From NCBI GenBank assembly GCA_050012475.1, contig JBEKHC010000032.1:1-49113 (forward strand): a stretch of DNA of 49,113 bases, written 5' to 3'. This DNA comes from Candidatus Velthaea sp. (GTDB lineage: Bacteria; Vulcanimicrobiota; Vulcanimicrobiia; Vulcanimicrobiales; Vulcanimicrobiaceae). This document shows, in pieces, positions 1-9,846 of this stretch (position 1 is its first letter; each line of letters opens with the position of its first letter). The notes under the pieces are model-generated. The model had not been told where the DNA came from, ran no database searches, and saw nothing but the letters and a program-made list of their open reading frames with translations. The position numbers and the translations under genes are program-made.

Positions 1-2071
1 ACAAAAGAACTCGACGAACTCAAGACGCAGTTCTTTGCGAACATCAGTCACGAGCTGCGAACACCGCTGACGCTCATCATCGGTCCGACGCAGAAGATGC
101 TTTCGGTTTCCACGCTCGACGATGCAGTTCGCTCGGGGCTTGATGTCGTGCTGAGCAATGCCCGACTCCTGCACCGACGCGTCGACGATCTCTTGGAGCT
201 CTCCACGCTCGACGCCGGCAAGCTCAGGCTGGAGCGCTCGCCGGCGGATCTTGCCGCGTTGACGCGCGCGACCGCGGGGTATTTCGAGAGTCTCGCGCAC
301 GAACGGGCGCGTCTCCGACGCGGGCGTGGAGCAGCCCGGCGATGCGCGCCGACGCTGCCGGCGCCTTGGCCGAACTTCGCGTTGGAACCGCGGCGCCGGC
401 GCGCGTTGCCGCCCCCGAGGAGGGGCCGCTGCTGCTTGTCGTCGAGGACAATCTGGAGTTGAATCGGTTCATCTGTGAAAGCGTCGCTCCGGAGCTTCGA
501 TCGGCGAGCGCCTATAACGGTGCCGAGGGTTTGCGCGCGGCCCGCGACCTGCATCCGGATCTCATTTTGACGGACGTCATGATGCCGGTCATGAGCGGCG
601 ACGCATTGATCGCGCTACTACGATCGGATCCCGACTTGCAAACCATCCCGATCGTCGTGTTGACCGCGAAGGCGGATGACGGCTTGCGCATTCGGTTACT
701 GAACGCAGGCGCGCGCGACTGTCTGACCAAACCGTTTTCGGTCGAAGAATTGCGCGCTCGGCTGTTCAACATCGCGAACGCCAAACTCGGCGCCGATCGG
801 CTGATGGCGGCGAACGCCGGGTTACAGCAAGCGAAGGCCAAGGCTGAAGCCTGGCTCGCTGCCTACGAACGTTCGGAGAAAGTGTGCGCGCGCTACCAAA
901 GAGGCAGGGTTGCCGCAAATGCTGCCGGCGGTGAGCGGCTTCGTCTTCGACGCCTGTTATCGGTCCGGGCCGAGCGAGGGCGCGCTCGGCGGCGACTGGT
1001 ACGATGCGTTGCGGTTGCCCGACGGCCGGATCGTGATTTCGATGGGCGACGTCGGCGGCAGCGGTCTGGGTGCGGCGATCATCATGGCGGCGCTCCGGCA
1101 AGTAATTCGCGGTGTGGCGTACGTTCAGCCGGACCCGGCGATGATCGTCGAGGCTGCCGACGGGGGCGTTGCGCGCCGAATATCCGGATACGTATGCGTC
1201 GGCGTTCGCCGGTGTCATCGATCCGGTCGAGATGACGATGCTGTACGTCGGTGCCGGCCATCCGCCGCCACTGCTGCGCCGGCCGGACGGTGTGGTTGAA
1301 GAACTCGAGTTCGACGGGCTGCTGCTGGGCATACCGGCGCCGCTCAGTCGGACGTCCAAGCGCATCAAACTCGTGCCGGGCTCGTTGCTCGTGCTCTACA
1401 CCGACGGGTTGATCGAGGCGAAGCGCGACGTCCTGGCCGGCATGGAGCGGCTTCACGCGGCGGTGGCCGGCCTGCCGCGGGGAGCCGTCGCGCCGGCGAC
1501 GGCAATTTACGATCGTGTCCTGCTCGAACCCGCCCATGACGACGTGGCGATTCTCACCGTTGAGGTGCAGCGATCGCCATTCGAATGCCTCGCCACGTCA
1601 TCCGGGGACGGCGTCTCACGCTGGACGTTCGAGGCGGCGAACGCTGGCGAGGCCCAGCGTGCGCGAACCGAGTTCGTGGCTCAGCTGCGCGCAGCCGGCG
1701 CCGCCGATGAGGACTTGTTGGCGGCGGAGATCGTCTTCGGCGAACTCGTCGGAAACGTTGTGCGGCATGCAGCGGGCAGCGTGGACGCGATGGTCGACTG
1801 GCACGGCCTCTCGCCGGTGCTGCATGTCCGCGACACCGGCCGCGGGTTCGCCTTTGTGCCGCGCTTACCGCGCGACGTTTTCGCCGAAAGCGGGCGCGGC
1901 CTCTATATCATCGCGGTGCTGACCGACGATTTCAACGTCACCCGCGGCGACGACGGCGGAAGCCATGCGCGAGCCGTTATTGCGCAGACGCGTCATCGGC
2001 TGCCGTTTCGCGCCGCCGCGCAAACGAAACCGGATGGTGCGAATCTCGCCTGCATTTTTGGCGAAGTGTAG
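1..2071 (+). pseudogene. Disrupted hybrid signalling gene: HisKA - (HATPase missing) - REC - SpoIIE/PP2C phosphatase - RsbW-like HATPase; 5' end outside window
   Basis: Frame from nt 1 reads FFANISHELRTPLTLI (HisKA). The 342 frame has a REC domain (LVVEDN, LILTDVMMP, KPFS). The 910 frame has GGDWYD/MGDVGGSG and the 1169 frame has AGHPPP, LYTDGL, DDVAIL (PP2C), then ELVGNVVRHA, DTGRG, ESGRGL (anti-sigma kinase). The pieces lie in four frame segments. Confidence 0.8.
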
Positions 2072-2096
2072 ACCGGCGCAGGCCGTGAAGCGTACG

Positions 2097-3179
2097 TCAG
2101 GCACTCTTCTCGAGAGTCTGGTCGAGCTGCGCGGGTTTGGGCGGTGCGTCGACGACGGTGTTCTGCGGGATGCCGACGTCGGAATTTCGATACGAGAGGA
2201 AGAAGCGCACGAATTCCCAGGTCGCATCCGGTCCTTCTGGGTCGGTGTAACTTCCCGCGGCGCTGCCGCCCGACCAGGCGTGACCCTCGCCGTGGATCAT
2301 CCACTGCTCGAGCACGGTGTGACCGGCCGCGTCGGCAAACGTCGTCTGGGTGTACGAATGGCCGCCGCGCACATCTCCCGGGTGCATCTGTTTCTTACTG
2401 CCGGCGGCCGCCGCTATTTGGGCGCTGAAGTGATCGAGATTCAGCGGGTTAACGGTCGTATCACGATCGCCCTGAAACACGATGGTCGGGACGAGTCGGT
2501 GGTGGGGCCCCTGCTCGGCGATGTGTGCCAACAGGCCGCCCGCGTGACCGGTCTTCATCGCCGCAAGAGCGGACAGTGCATCGTGCGCAACGCCGCAGGC
2601 AATGCCGGAATGGACTCCGACCGCGGCATAAACGTCCGGGTAGACTTCCCCCAGGATTGCGGCAACGCCGCCCCCGGCCGATACGCCGGCGACATAGACG
2701 CGCCGCGGGTCGACGGCGTAGTCTTTCGTGACTTGACGCGTGATGCCGGCGACGAGCGACGGCTCACCGCGATCGCGTTGCTGATCCCGTCGGTTATACC
2801 AAGTCCAGCATTTCAGCAAATTCGCTGTGATGGGCTGTTCGGGATACGCAACCAGAAAGGTGAGTTCGTCGGCCAGCGCGTTCATGCGTGTACCCGTGGC
2901 CAAGTCGTCCGGTGATTGCGTGCAGCCGTGAAGCATCACGACCAAGGGGCTTGGCCTGCCATGATAGCTGCTCGGAATATAGACCTTGTACGCACGCGTG
3001 CCGGCTTCGTTGTGGAACGACAGCGCGAGGACTTTCCCCTTCGCTTTCTCATCCGGCGGCGATTTTGCCGATTTTGCCGAGCGGAGCGCGTGTTTTAAGA
3101 TGCGGGCGGCACGAGCGAGATCCCCCGCACGTGCCAAATGGACGGCAGCGAGAATGTTGCGGTAGCGCAGAGAGTTCAT
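2097..3179 (-). CDS. PHB depolymerase family esterase (LpqC-like)
   Basis: VMLHGCTQ oxyanion motif, CWTWY, GVSAG lipase box, FQGDRD, GHAWSGG. ATG at 3179 chosen as start. Confidence 0.85.
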   Translation of the reverse strand: MNSLRYRNILAAVHLARAGDLARAARILKHALRSAKSAKSPPDEKAKGKVLALSFHNEAGTRAYKVYIPSSYHGRPSPLVVMLHGCTQSPDDLATGTRMNALADELTFLVAYPEQPITANLLKCWTWYNRRDQQRDRGEPSLVAGITRQVTKDYAVDPRRVYVAGVSAGGGVAAILGEVYPDVYAAVGVHSGIACGVAHDALSALAAMKTGHAGGLLAHIAEQGPHHRLVPTIVFQGDRDTTVNPLNLDHFSAQIAAAAGSKKQMHPGDVRGGHSYTQTTFADAAGHTVLEQWMIHGEGHAWSGGSAAGSYTDPEGPDATWEFVRFFLSYRNSDVGIPQNTVVDAPPKPAQLDQTLEKSA

Positions 3180-3669
3180 GACCAACGCTTTCCGTGACGC
3201 TGAATACAGCGCACCGTGATCGAGCCTCTGACGCAACTCCGGCAAGTTCGTAAGGGAAAATGCGGGTTTGACGGCGGGACTCCCACTCGCCGTACCCAGA
3301 ACGTTCGACTTTCAGCGCGGCTTCTTGGTTTCGGCACGGGCCGTTGAGCCCGCAACGAGCGGTGCCGTCTTTTGATCGCGAAGAGGAAGCCGCGAAATCG
3401 CGTCAGTCGAGAACCGACTCTATTTGTTTGACCAGCGTCCGCTAACGCCGGGCGATGTATCCGCCTTTTTCACGATGTTTGGAGCGGTGCACGAATGGTA
3501 TGGTGTTGGGAAGTTCGACTTTGACTCTCGGTCGCACCGGGTACGCGACATATGGCGGTAGCGGTCAAGCCCTGAGGAACTGCCGGTGCGAGCGGTCAGC
3601 GTCGCGCTGCCCTTCATCCAGCGCGATCCGACGGGACTGATTTTTCGCTTGGCGGGCACTGTGCGGAGC

Positions 3670-4359
3670 ATGTCGCTCAATCGCATCGTTGTCGCCGAAG
3701 ACGAAGCGCCGATCCGCGAATTGCTCGTGCACCATCTCGTGCGTGAGGGCTTTACGTGCGTCGAAGCAGCCGACGGTCCAACCGCTCTGCGCGCCGCACG
3801 CGCTTCGGCCGACCTCATGATTCTCGACGTCGGGTTGCCGGTCATGGACGGCTTCGACGTGATCCGGACGCTGCGCCGCGAAGGACGCGCCCTGCCGGTG
3901 CTCGTTCTTACCGCGCGCGCCGAGGAAATCGATCGGGTCGTCGGCTTGGAGATCGGCGCCGACGACTATGTTACCAAGCCATTTTCCCCGCGCGAAATCA
4001 TCGCCCGCGTTCGCGCCATCGCTCGACGTGCGGGTATGTCCGCGCAGGCCCAGCCGTCGCTGCTCTCGTTCGGCCGGCTGGAAATCGACGAGGCCGCGCG
4101 TGAGGTGCGCATCGACGGGGTTGATGCCGGGCTCAAGCCGCGCGAATTCGGGCTCTTGCTGGAACTCGCGTCGAACGCCGGCGTGGCGCTGTCACGCGCG
4201 ACGCTCCTGCAGCGCGTTTGGGGCTATGATTTCGACGGCGACGAACGCACCGTCGACGTCCACGTGCGCCGCCTGCGGCTCAAAATCGAGGAGGTTCCAG
4301 GGCTTCCGCCGCTGCTGCAGACCATCCACGGATTCGGCTATAAGTTTGCGCGCGGCTGA
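3670..4359 (+). CDS. OmpR/PhoB-family response regulator
   Basis: VVAEDE, ILDVGLP, GADDYVTKPFS, winged-helix VWGYDFDGDERTVDVHVRRLRLK, GFGYKF. Confidence 0.95.
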   Translation: MSLNRIVVAEDEAPIRELLVHHLVREGFTCVEAADGPTALRAARASADLMILDVGLPVMDGFDVIRTLRREGRALPVLVLTARAEEIDRVVGLEIGADDYVTKPFSPREIIARVRAIARRAGMSAQAQPSLLSFGRLEIDEAAREVRIDGVDAGLKPREFGLLLELASNAGVALSRATLLQRVWGYDFDGDERTVDVHVRRLRLKIEEVPGLPPLLQTIHGFGYKFARG

Positions 4360-5524
4360 GCGCTCCGCTCGGCCGATCGCGATAGCGGCGCTGCACCGGC
4401 GCTTGACGGTGCAGCGCGAGCCGGCGATTCCGCTGCTCGTCGTCCGGTTGCCGGCGCTGGAACGGACGGCTTGGCGCGAGGGTCTCCGCAAGGCGCGGAC
4501 GCTCGAGCGCCGGGCCGGCTCGGCTTTCGCGTCCGCTGCGGGGCGCGTGCTGCGGGCCGAGGACAGCATCGCGCACGACATCGGCAGCGACGTGTTCATC
4601 GCCGCCCTCACCGCGCCGACCCGCGCCGATGGCGCGGCACCGATCGCCGTCGACGCGCGCTCGGCGTTGGCGCGCATCTCGGCCAGCGTCGAGTCGGCGA
4701 CGCAACTCGAGGTCGAGACCGGCTGGACGGTGTTTTCTCCCGCCGACGGCGCGGATCTGGCCGACGCGGTCGCGCGCGGCCTTTCGCGCGGCGCTCAGGA
4801 ACGCGAACGCTACGCGTTCTTCAGCGCGATCGGCCACGAATTGCGAACGCCGCTGGCCTCGATTCGCGGCTATCTCGAAACACTGCTCGACGACGAGATC
4901 GACGAGCGCACGCGCACGCGATTCTTGTCGATCGCACACCAGGAGTCGCTGCGACTCGCGCGTCTGGTCGAAGGGATGTTTGAGATCTCGCTGCTCGATC
5001 TGCACACGACGCAGGTCGTGCGTTCGAGCGGTTCGCTCGACGTCGCGCTCGATGCGGCCGCGCTGGCCTGCGCGGCTAATGCCGGCGCGCGTTCGATCGC
5101 GCTACGGCGAGCGCCGGCCGTGCGCGCAGTCGTTACGCTCGACGCCGACCGGTTAGCCTTGGTGTTCATCAATCTCATCGACAACGCGATTAAGCACGGC
5201 CGCTCCGGCGGCACGATTGCGATCGGCGCGGACGCGAGCGACCCGGACTTTGCTTGCGTGACGATCGACGACGACGGTCCGGGCGTGGCGCGGACCGATC
5301 GCGAACACATCTTCGGCCTGGGCACGCGCGGCAAAACCAAGGCCGCTGGCAGCGGCATCGGCTTAGCGCTGGTGCGCCTGATGCTCGAGCGCGCGGGTGG
5401 CCGGGTCGACGTGGGCGACTCGCCGCTCGGCGGCGCGCGCTTTCGCGTCTATCTGCGCCACGACCGGCTGCAGCAGGGAATCGCGCCGCCGGCTCGCTCC
5501 GGCGAGGCGCAGCGAGCGGTCTGA
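4346..5524 (+). CDS. Soluble sensor histidine kinase with degenerate GGDEF-like N-terminal domain
   Basis: H-box GHELRTPLASIRGY, N-box NLIDNAIKH, G1 DDGPG, G2 GSGIGL; no transmembrane segment seen. Start (TTG 4346, overlapping the regulator) is uncertain. Confidence 0.88.
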   Translation: MRAAERSARPIAIAALHRRLTVQREPAIPLLVVRLPALERTAWREGLRKARTLERRAGSAFASAAGRVLRAEDSIAHDIGSDVFIAALTAPTRADGAAPIAVDARSALARISASVESATQLEVETGWTVFSPADGADLADAVARGLSRGAQERERYAFFSAIGHELRTPLASIRGYLETLLDDEIDERTRTRFLSIAHQESLRLARLVEGMFEISLLDLHTTQVVRSSGSLDVALDAAALACAANAGARSIALRRAPAVRAVVTLDADRLALVFINLIDNAIKHGRSGGTIAIGADASDPDFACVTIDDDGPGVARTDREHIFGLGTRGKTKAAGSGIGLALVRLMLERAGGRVDVGDSPLGGARFRVYLRHDRLQQGIAPPARSGEAQRAV

Positions 5525-5801
5525 CAATCTATCTCCGAGTCGCACAGCTGCCGGCGCTCCAACTTCCGGTCTCTTCGCGCCGGCGCTGTAAAACGGCCAC
5601 GTGATGTATCGAGTGTACGGATCGGAGCGGCCGGAATATCGAACCGCTTCCGTGTCCATTCAACCGCGGGACCGCTCCATCGGCGGCGCCAGGCGGCGGA
5701 ACGACCCAAAAATAGAGCGCTCACCGAGATAGGTTTGGCGCTCGACGTGAGCGCCGGCTGCTCGACGTGGTCGCTGATACTTTCGGGCTGCGGCCACGAG
5801 G

Positions 5802-7160
5802 CTACAGGATGTGCGGCGTGATATAAAAGACGACCTCGTCGTGCGTGTGCGAGCGTTGCCGGTTGCGGAAAACACTGCCCAGCACGGGGACGTCGCCCAG
5901 AAACGGCAGCTTCGTGACCGTTTCCGAATCGATATCAGAGAAGAGCCCGCCGAGCACGATGGTTTCGCCGTCGCGCACTCGCAGCGTCGAATCGACGCGC
6001 CGATTGGCCACGATCGGGAAGGCGTTATTGAAGCCTTCGATCTGCGAATATTCGGGGTGCAGCTCGGCGGTGATCGAACCGTCGTCGCCGATCGTCGGCG
6101 TGAGCCGCAGCTTCACGCCGATGTCGATATTGGTGACCGTCGGATAGCCGGTTTGCAGATTGGTCGTGACGACCGGATAGGTTTCGCCGACGAGCAGCGT
6201 GGCTTCTTTGTTGTTGAGCGTCGCGATGCGCGGCTGCGCCAAGATCGACGCGTGTCCGGTTTGAACGAGCGCGTTGAGCTGGGCGTTGATGACCAGCGAA
6301 CTGCGCGTGAGCAAATACGGCACTTGACCGAGCGCCCCCGACCCATAGCCCGCGCCGCCGACTTGAACGCCGACGTTGCTCGAATCGATGTGCGGCGCGA
6401 GGTCGGCCACCCGAACCTCGAACATCACCTGTTTGCCGGGATTGTCCAAGCTGGCCAGCAGCGTTCCGGCCGACGCCTGGACTTCGCGATCGCCGGTCAC
6501 GACGACGACGTTTTGGCGGTCGTCGGCGACGAGCGCGTTGTCGGGCACCGTTCCTTTGAGTGCCTTGACGGCCTCGCTCGCCTTGACGTTACGCAAATGA
6601 AAGGCTCGAAACGCGGTCGCGGCGCCGCCCCCGGCCGACGGCGCGTCGAGCGCCGTGATGAGCGTGCGGGCACGTTCGATCGTGGTGGCGCTGCCGCTCA
6701 CGATGACCGACCCGGTTCGCTTGTCGCAAACGACGACCGTTCCGGCCGGCAGCGCTTCGGTGAGCGAGGCTTTGAGCTCATCGGGTTGTGCGTGCGCGAG
6801 AGCAAAGACCGCCGTCTTGCTTCCCGAGGGCTGTCCGTCGTCGGGATACCGGCGGTTCATGACTGCCGCGTCGCCCACGATGATGATGCGTCCATCGCGG
6901 TGAGCTTGCAGACCGTAGGCTTGGGAGATGGCCGCCAGCGCCTCGTCGAAGCTGACGTCACGCAAGCGCAGGGTGACGCGCAGCGGCTTGATCGAACCGT
7001 CAGGGACGAGGTTGGTCCCGGATTGCATCGCCAGCAGCCGGATGACATCGCCCAAATCGGTATCGCGGGCATCGATGGAGAGCCGCGCCGGCTGGGCGCC
7101 CGACGGCGCATCGAGCAGCAGTGCCAAGCCCAAAGCGAACGCGAGAGCGCGGCGCTTCAT
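5802..7160 (-). CDS. pilQ: Type IV pilus secretin (PilQ/GspD family)
   Basis: Signal peptide; SIDARDTDLGDVIRLLA N0/STN-like start; N-domain repeats; QVMFEVRV, QPRIATLNNKEA, GETIVLGGL, KLPFLGDVPVLGSVFR. Confidence 0.9.
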   Translation of the reverse strand: MKRRALAFALGLALLLDAPSGAQPARLSIDARDTDLGDVIRLLAMQSGTNLVPDGSIKPLRVTLRLRDVSFDEALAAISQAYGLQAHRDGRIIIVGDAAVMNRRYPDDGQPSGSKTAVFALAHAQPDELKASLTEALPAGTVVVCDKRTGSVIVSGSATTIERARTLITALDAPSAGGGAATAFRAFHLRNVKASEAVKALKGTVPDNALVADDRQNVVVVTGDREVQASAGTLLASLDNPGKQVMFEVRVADLAPHIDSSNVGVQVGGAGYGSGALGQVPYLLTRSSLVINAQLNALVQTGHASILAQPRIATLNNKEATLLVGETYPVVTTNLQTGYPTVTNIDIGVKLRLTPTIGDDGSITAELHPEYSQIEGFNNAFPIVANRRVDSTLRVRDGETIVLGGLFSDIDSETVTKLPFLGDVPVLGSVFRNRQRSHTHDEVVFYITPHIL

Positions 7161-7693
7161 GGCCGCGCCGCGGGGTCGACGCCCAGCAGTTTGCCGTCGC
7201 GCAAGCGGACGCCGTCGAGGCCGATCGAAACGATCGTGACGCCGCCGACCCGGTCGCCCAGGCCTTTGATCTCGTGGATGCCCCCGGTGTCGAGCATGGC
7301 ATACGGATGCGGACCCGTGACGAGCGCGGACACGCGCGGTGCGGCTGGGTCGGGATCCGGTGCGCTGTCCGGCAGCGCCGGTATCGTGTCGCTGGCCAGA
7401 TTGTTGGGCAGCGGTTCGACGGTTTCACTCAGCTGCGGGCCGAATTGACGGTGCGGCAAACGAACCGGCAGCGTTGCAGCGAGCACGGCCGGCGGCGTGG
7501 GCTCGGCAAACGGATCGCGCACAACGAGCACCGGAGCGACCGGATCGGCAACGCTTTGAAGGACGCGCGGCAGCGGCGGCCCGGCCGTTGCGACGAGCAA
7601 ACGCTGCGGCGGGCTTGGCGTAAGCCCGATCGCTGCCGCGGCCCCGAGCGCCGACAGCATCGCAATCGCACTGCGACTACTGAGATCGAACAT
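7157..7693 (-). CDS. PilP/GspC-like protein
   Basis: Lies between pilO and pilQ; RDPF motif; C-terminal beta domain (YAMLD...GLGDRVGGVTIVSIG). Confidence 0.65.
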   Translation of the reverse strand: MFDLSSRSAIAMLSALGAAAAIGLTPSPPQRLLVATAGPPLPRVLQSVADPVAPVLVVRDPFAEPTPPAVLAATLPVRLPHRQFGPQLSETVEPLPNNLASDTIPALPDSAPDPDPAAPRVSALVTGPHPYAMLDTGGIHEIKGLGDRVGGVTIVSIGLDGVRLRDGKLLGVDPAARP

Positions 7694-8342
7694 TACTCGT
7701 ACCGTCCTCCGGGAGTTGGTGCAGGGCTACGCCGGCCGGAACATCGTCGGCCAGCCGCTGCACCATGAGGTGGAGCCGCGCCGTCAGCGGTCCCGCGTTG
7801 TTGCCGGCTGCGGGGCCCTCGCGCTCGATCGCGGCGATCTCGATCTGCAGCGGGAGCGGCGTTCGAGCGAGATCGCGAATCGTCGCGAGCAGGGCAGCGT
7901 AGTTACCGCGCAGCGAGATCTCCAGCGGGATCGACTCGAACGAGAATCCGCCATTCGCATTTTGCCCCGGCGCGCTGGCCGGCGCGGAGGCCGCCGCGGT
8001 GCCGCGCGCGTCGACTTGATCGAGGCTGACGTGACGTTCGCCGGCGATGCGCACGGCTGACTGTACGAAGCGCGCGACGAGCGTGGCGCGATCGGCGCGC
8101 AAGTCGAAGCTGCGCACCAGCTCGTCGGCGGCGCGCTGCTCGAGCTCGAGTTGCGGACGCTGGGCGGCGATTTGCGCATTGAGCCGGACGGCGTCGGAGA
8201 CGCGCGCCGTTTCTTCGTGTTGACGGTCGATCGCGGTTGCGAGCACGACGAACGACACGTAGTAGCCGGCGCACAGCACGACGATGCACGCCAGCCAGAA
8301 AAGACGGGCGTCAGCGCCCGTCGCGCGGCCGGTCGCCTTCAC
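7677..8342 (-). CDS. pilO: PilO-like alignment protein
   Basis: N-terminal TM helix, coiled coil, FESIPLEISLRGNYAALLATIRDL ferredoxin-like motif; operon position. Confidence 0.75.
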   Translation of the reverse strand: MKATGRATGADARLFWLACIVVLCAGYYVSFVVLATAIDRQHEETARVSDAVRLNAQIAAQRPQLELEQRAADELVRSFDLRADRATLVARFVQSAVRIAGERHVSLDQVDARGTAAASAPASAPGQNANGGFSFESIPLEISLRGNYAALLATIRDLARTPLPLQIEIAAIEREGPAAGNNAGPLTARLHLMVQRLADDVPAGVALHQLPEDGTSNVRSQ

Positions 8343-8896
8343 GGCCGCGTTTCGAGCCGCAAGACATAGCGCACCCGGGTTGCCGAAGAGCCGCCGTCGT
8401 CATGCAGCGATACGAGTTGCGGCAGCGTCGCGCGCGCGGTGTCCCGCAGTGTCAGCATCGCCGTGCCGACGGCGGCGGCGCGATCCGACGTGCCCTCGAG
8501 CGTATAATTACCGTTCTCGAAGCGCAAGGCGTGCAGCCACGTGTGCGCCGGGATCCGGTTGCCGATCCAAGCCAACTCGTTGGCCCGGTCCAGGCTCGCG
8601 CGCTGCAGCCCGGCGACATAGCCGATGAGCCGATTCTCGCGTAAAATGGCCGCCCGCAGCATCCCGCTTTGACGCACGGCGGATTCGTCGGCGGTCAGCC
8701 GGATAGCGGCGCGAGCGTAATGTTCCTGTGCAACGTGCAATCGGGTGAGCTGCACGAGCCCCGCCATCGCGACTAGCGTGGTGCTGAGGACCAACGCCGC
8801 AAGCGGCGTGCGAATGGCGTTGTCGATCGCGAAGCCGCTGGGTTGGGAATCGAAAACGTTGCGCCGCGAGCCGGCAAGATAGTTAAAGCGGTTCAC
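8339..8896 (-). CDS. pilN: PilN-like protein
   Basis: N-terminal FNYL (INLL-like) motif, TM helix, coiled coil, IPAHTWLHAL...LEG; GTGA overlap with pilM stop. Confidence 0.75.
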   Translation of the reverse strand: MNRFNYLAGSRRNVFDSQPSGFAIDNAIRTPLAALVLSTTLVAMAGLVQLTRLHVAQEHYARAAIRLTADESAVRQSGMLRAAILRENRLIGYVAGLQRASLDRANELAWIGNRIPAHTWLHALRFENGNYTLEGTSDRAAAVGTAMLTLRDTARATLPQLVSLHDDGGSSATRVRYVLRLETRP

Positions 8897-9846
8897 GGCT
8901 GCGTCCACAGCGCCAACCCGTACGCCAGGCACCAGTCGGGCGCGGCCGCGCGCAGCACATCCGGCGGAAGCGTCGGGGCAACGTCGGGGGAAAGCGCCGC
9001 CGGGCGCACGCGGACGCCGGTCGCGCGTTCGATGGCCGCCGGCAGGTCGCTCAAGCGCGATCCGTTGCCGACCAGCGCGATCTCGCGCACGTCACCGAAG
9101 CCGCCCGAGCGGCATTCGGCGAGCGCGTTCGCGACGTCCGCCACGAGCAAGTCGCGCGCGGATTCGCCGCAGCCCGCGATGCCGTGGGTGAGCTTGCGGC
9201 GTTCGGCGGTCGCCGTATCGCAGCCCAGGGCGCGCGCGATCGCTTGGGTGAACGCCGCGCCGCCGACGGAAAACCGCCGTCCGATCGGAAAGCTCCCGGT
9301 AAAGACGTGCAGCCGCGAGTCGTCGAGGCCGATGTCGAGCACCGCATCGACGGCGGGCAGCGCGCGCCGCAAGCCGAAGGCGTTGTTGTCGACGGCGCAA
9401 ACGCGCAGCTTGGCCGTGTGCGCAAGCGAGACGAGCGAACCGATGACGTCTTTGCGCACGACACCAATGACGGCATCACCTTCGGACCCGACCGGAATGA
9501 CCCGGACGACCGCTTCGCGGATCGGGTAGTCGACGAACTGGGTGGCTTCAAAACGCGCAGCGCGCTCTTGTTCCCCCCGGCGCATCACAGGAAAGTGGGT
9601 GCTGCGCAATACGGCGCGCGGTTCGCCGAGTCCAAAAACGCAGCGCCGCTCGCGGGTGCGCAGTTCGGCGACTGCGTCGGCCAGCGCCGCCGCCGGATCG
9701 TCTTCGAGCGGCCGAGCCGCGACCGCGACGAGTTCGGGCCGGCCGCTGGGCGCGCGCTGCACGAGTGCGACGCGCACCCGCGCCGTGCCGAGATCGACCC
9801 CGAGCGGAAGCGTTCCCCCGCGTCGCCGCGGCCGCGATGCGTTCAC
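8893..9846 (-). CDS. pilM: PilM-like actin-fold assembly protein
   Basis: LGVDLG, VLDIG, GGAAFTQAIARAL, LVGNGSRL, AYGLAL; GTGA overlap with upstream stop. Confidence 0.85.
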   Translation of the reverse strand: MNASRPRRRGGTLPLGVDLGTARVRVALVQRAPSGRPELVAVAARPLEDDPAAALADAVAELRTRERRCVFGLGEPRAVLRSTHFPVMRRGEQERAARFEATQFVDYPIREAVVRVIPVGSEGDAVIGVVRKDVIGSLVSLAHTAKLRVCAVDNNAFGLRRALPAVDAVLDIGLDDSRLHVFTGSFPIGRRFSVGGAAFTQAIARALGCDTATAERRKLTHGIAGCGESARDLLVADVANALAECRSGGFGDVREIALVGNGSRLSDLPAAIERATGVRVRPAALSPDVAPTLPPDVLRAAAPDWCLAYGLALWTQP

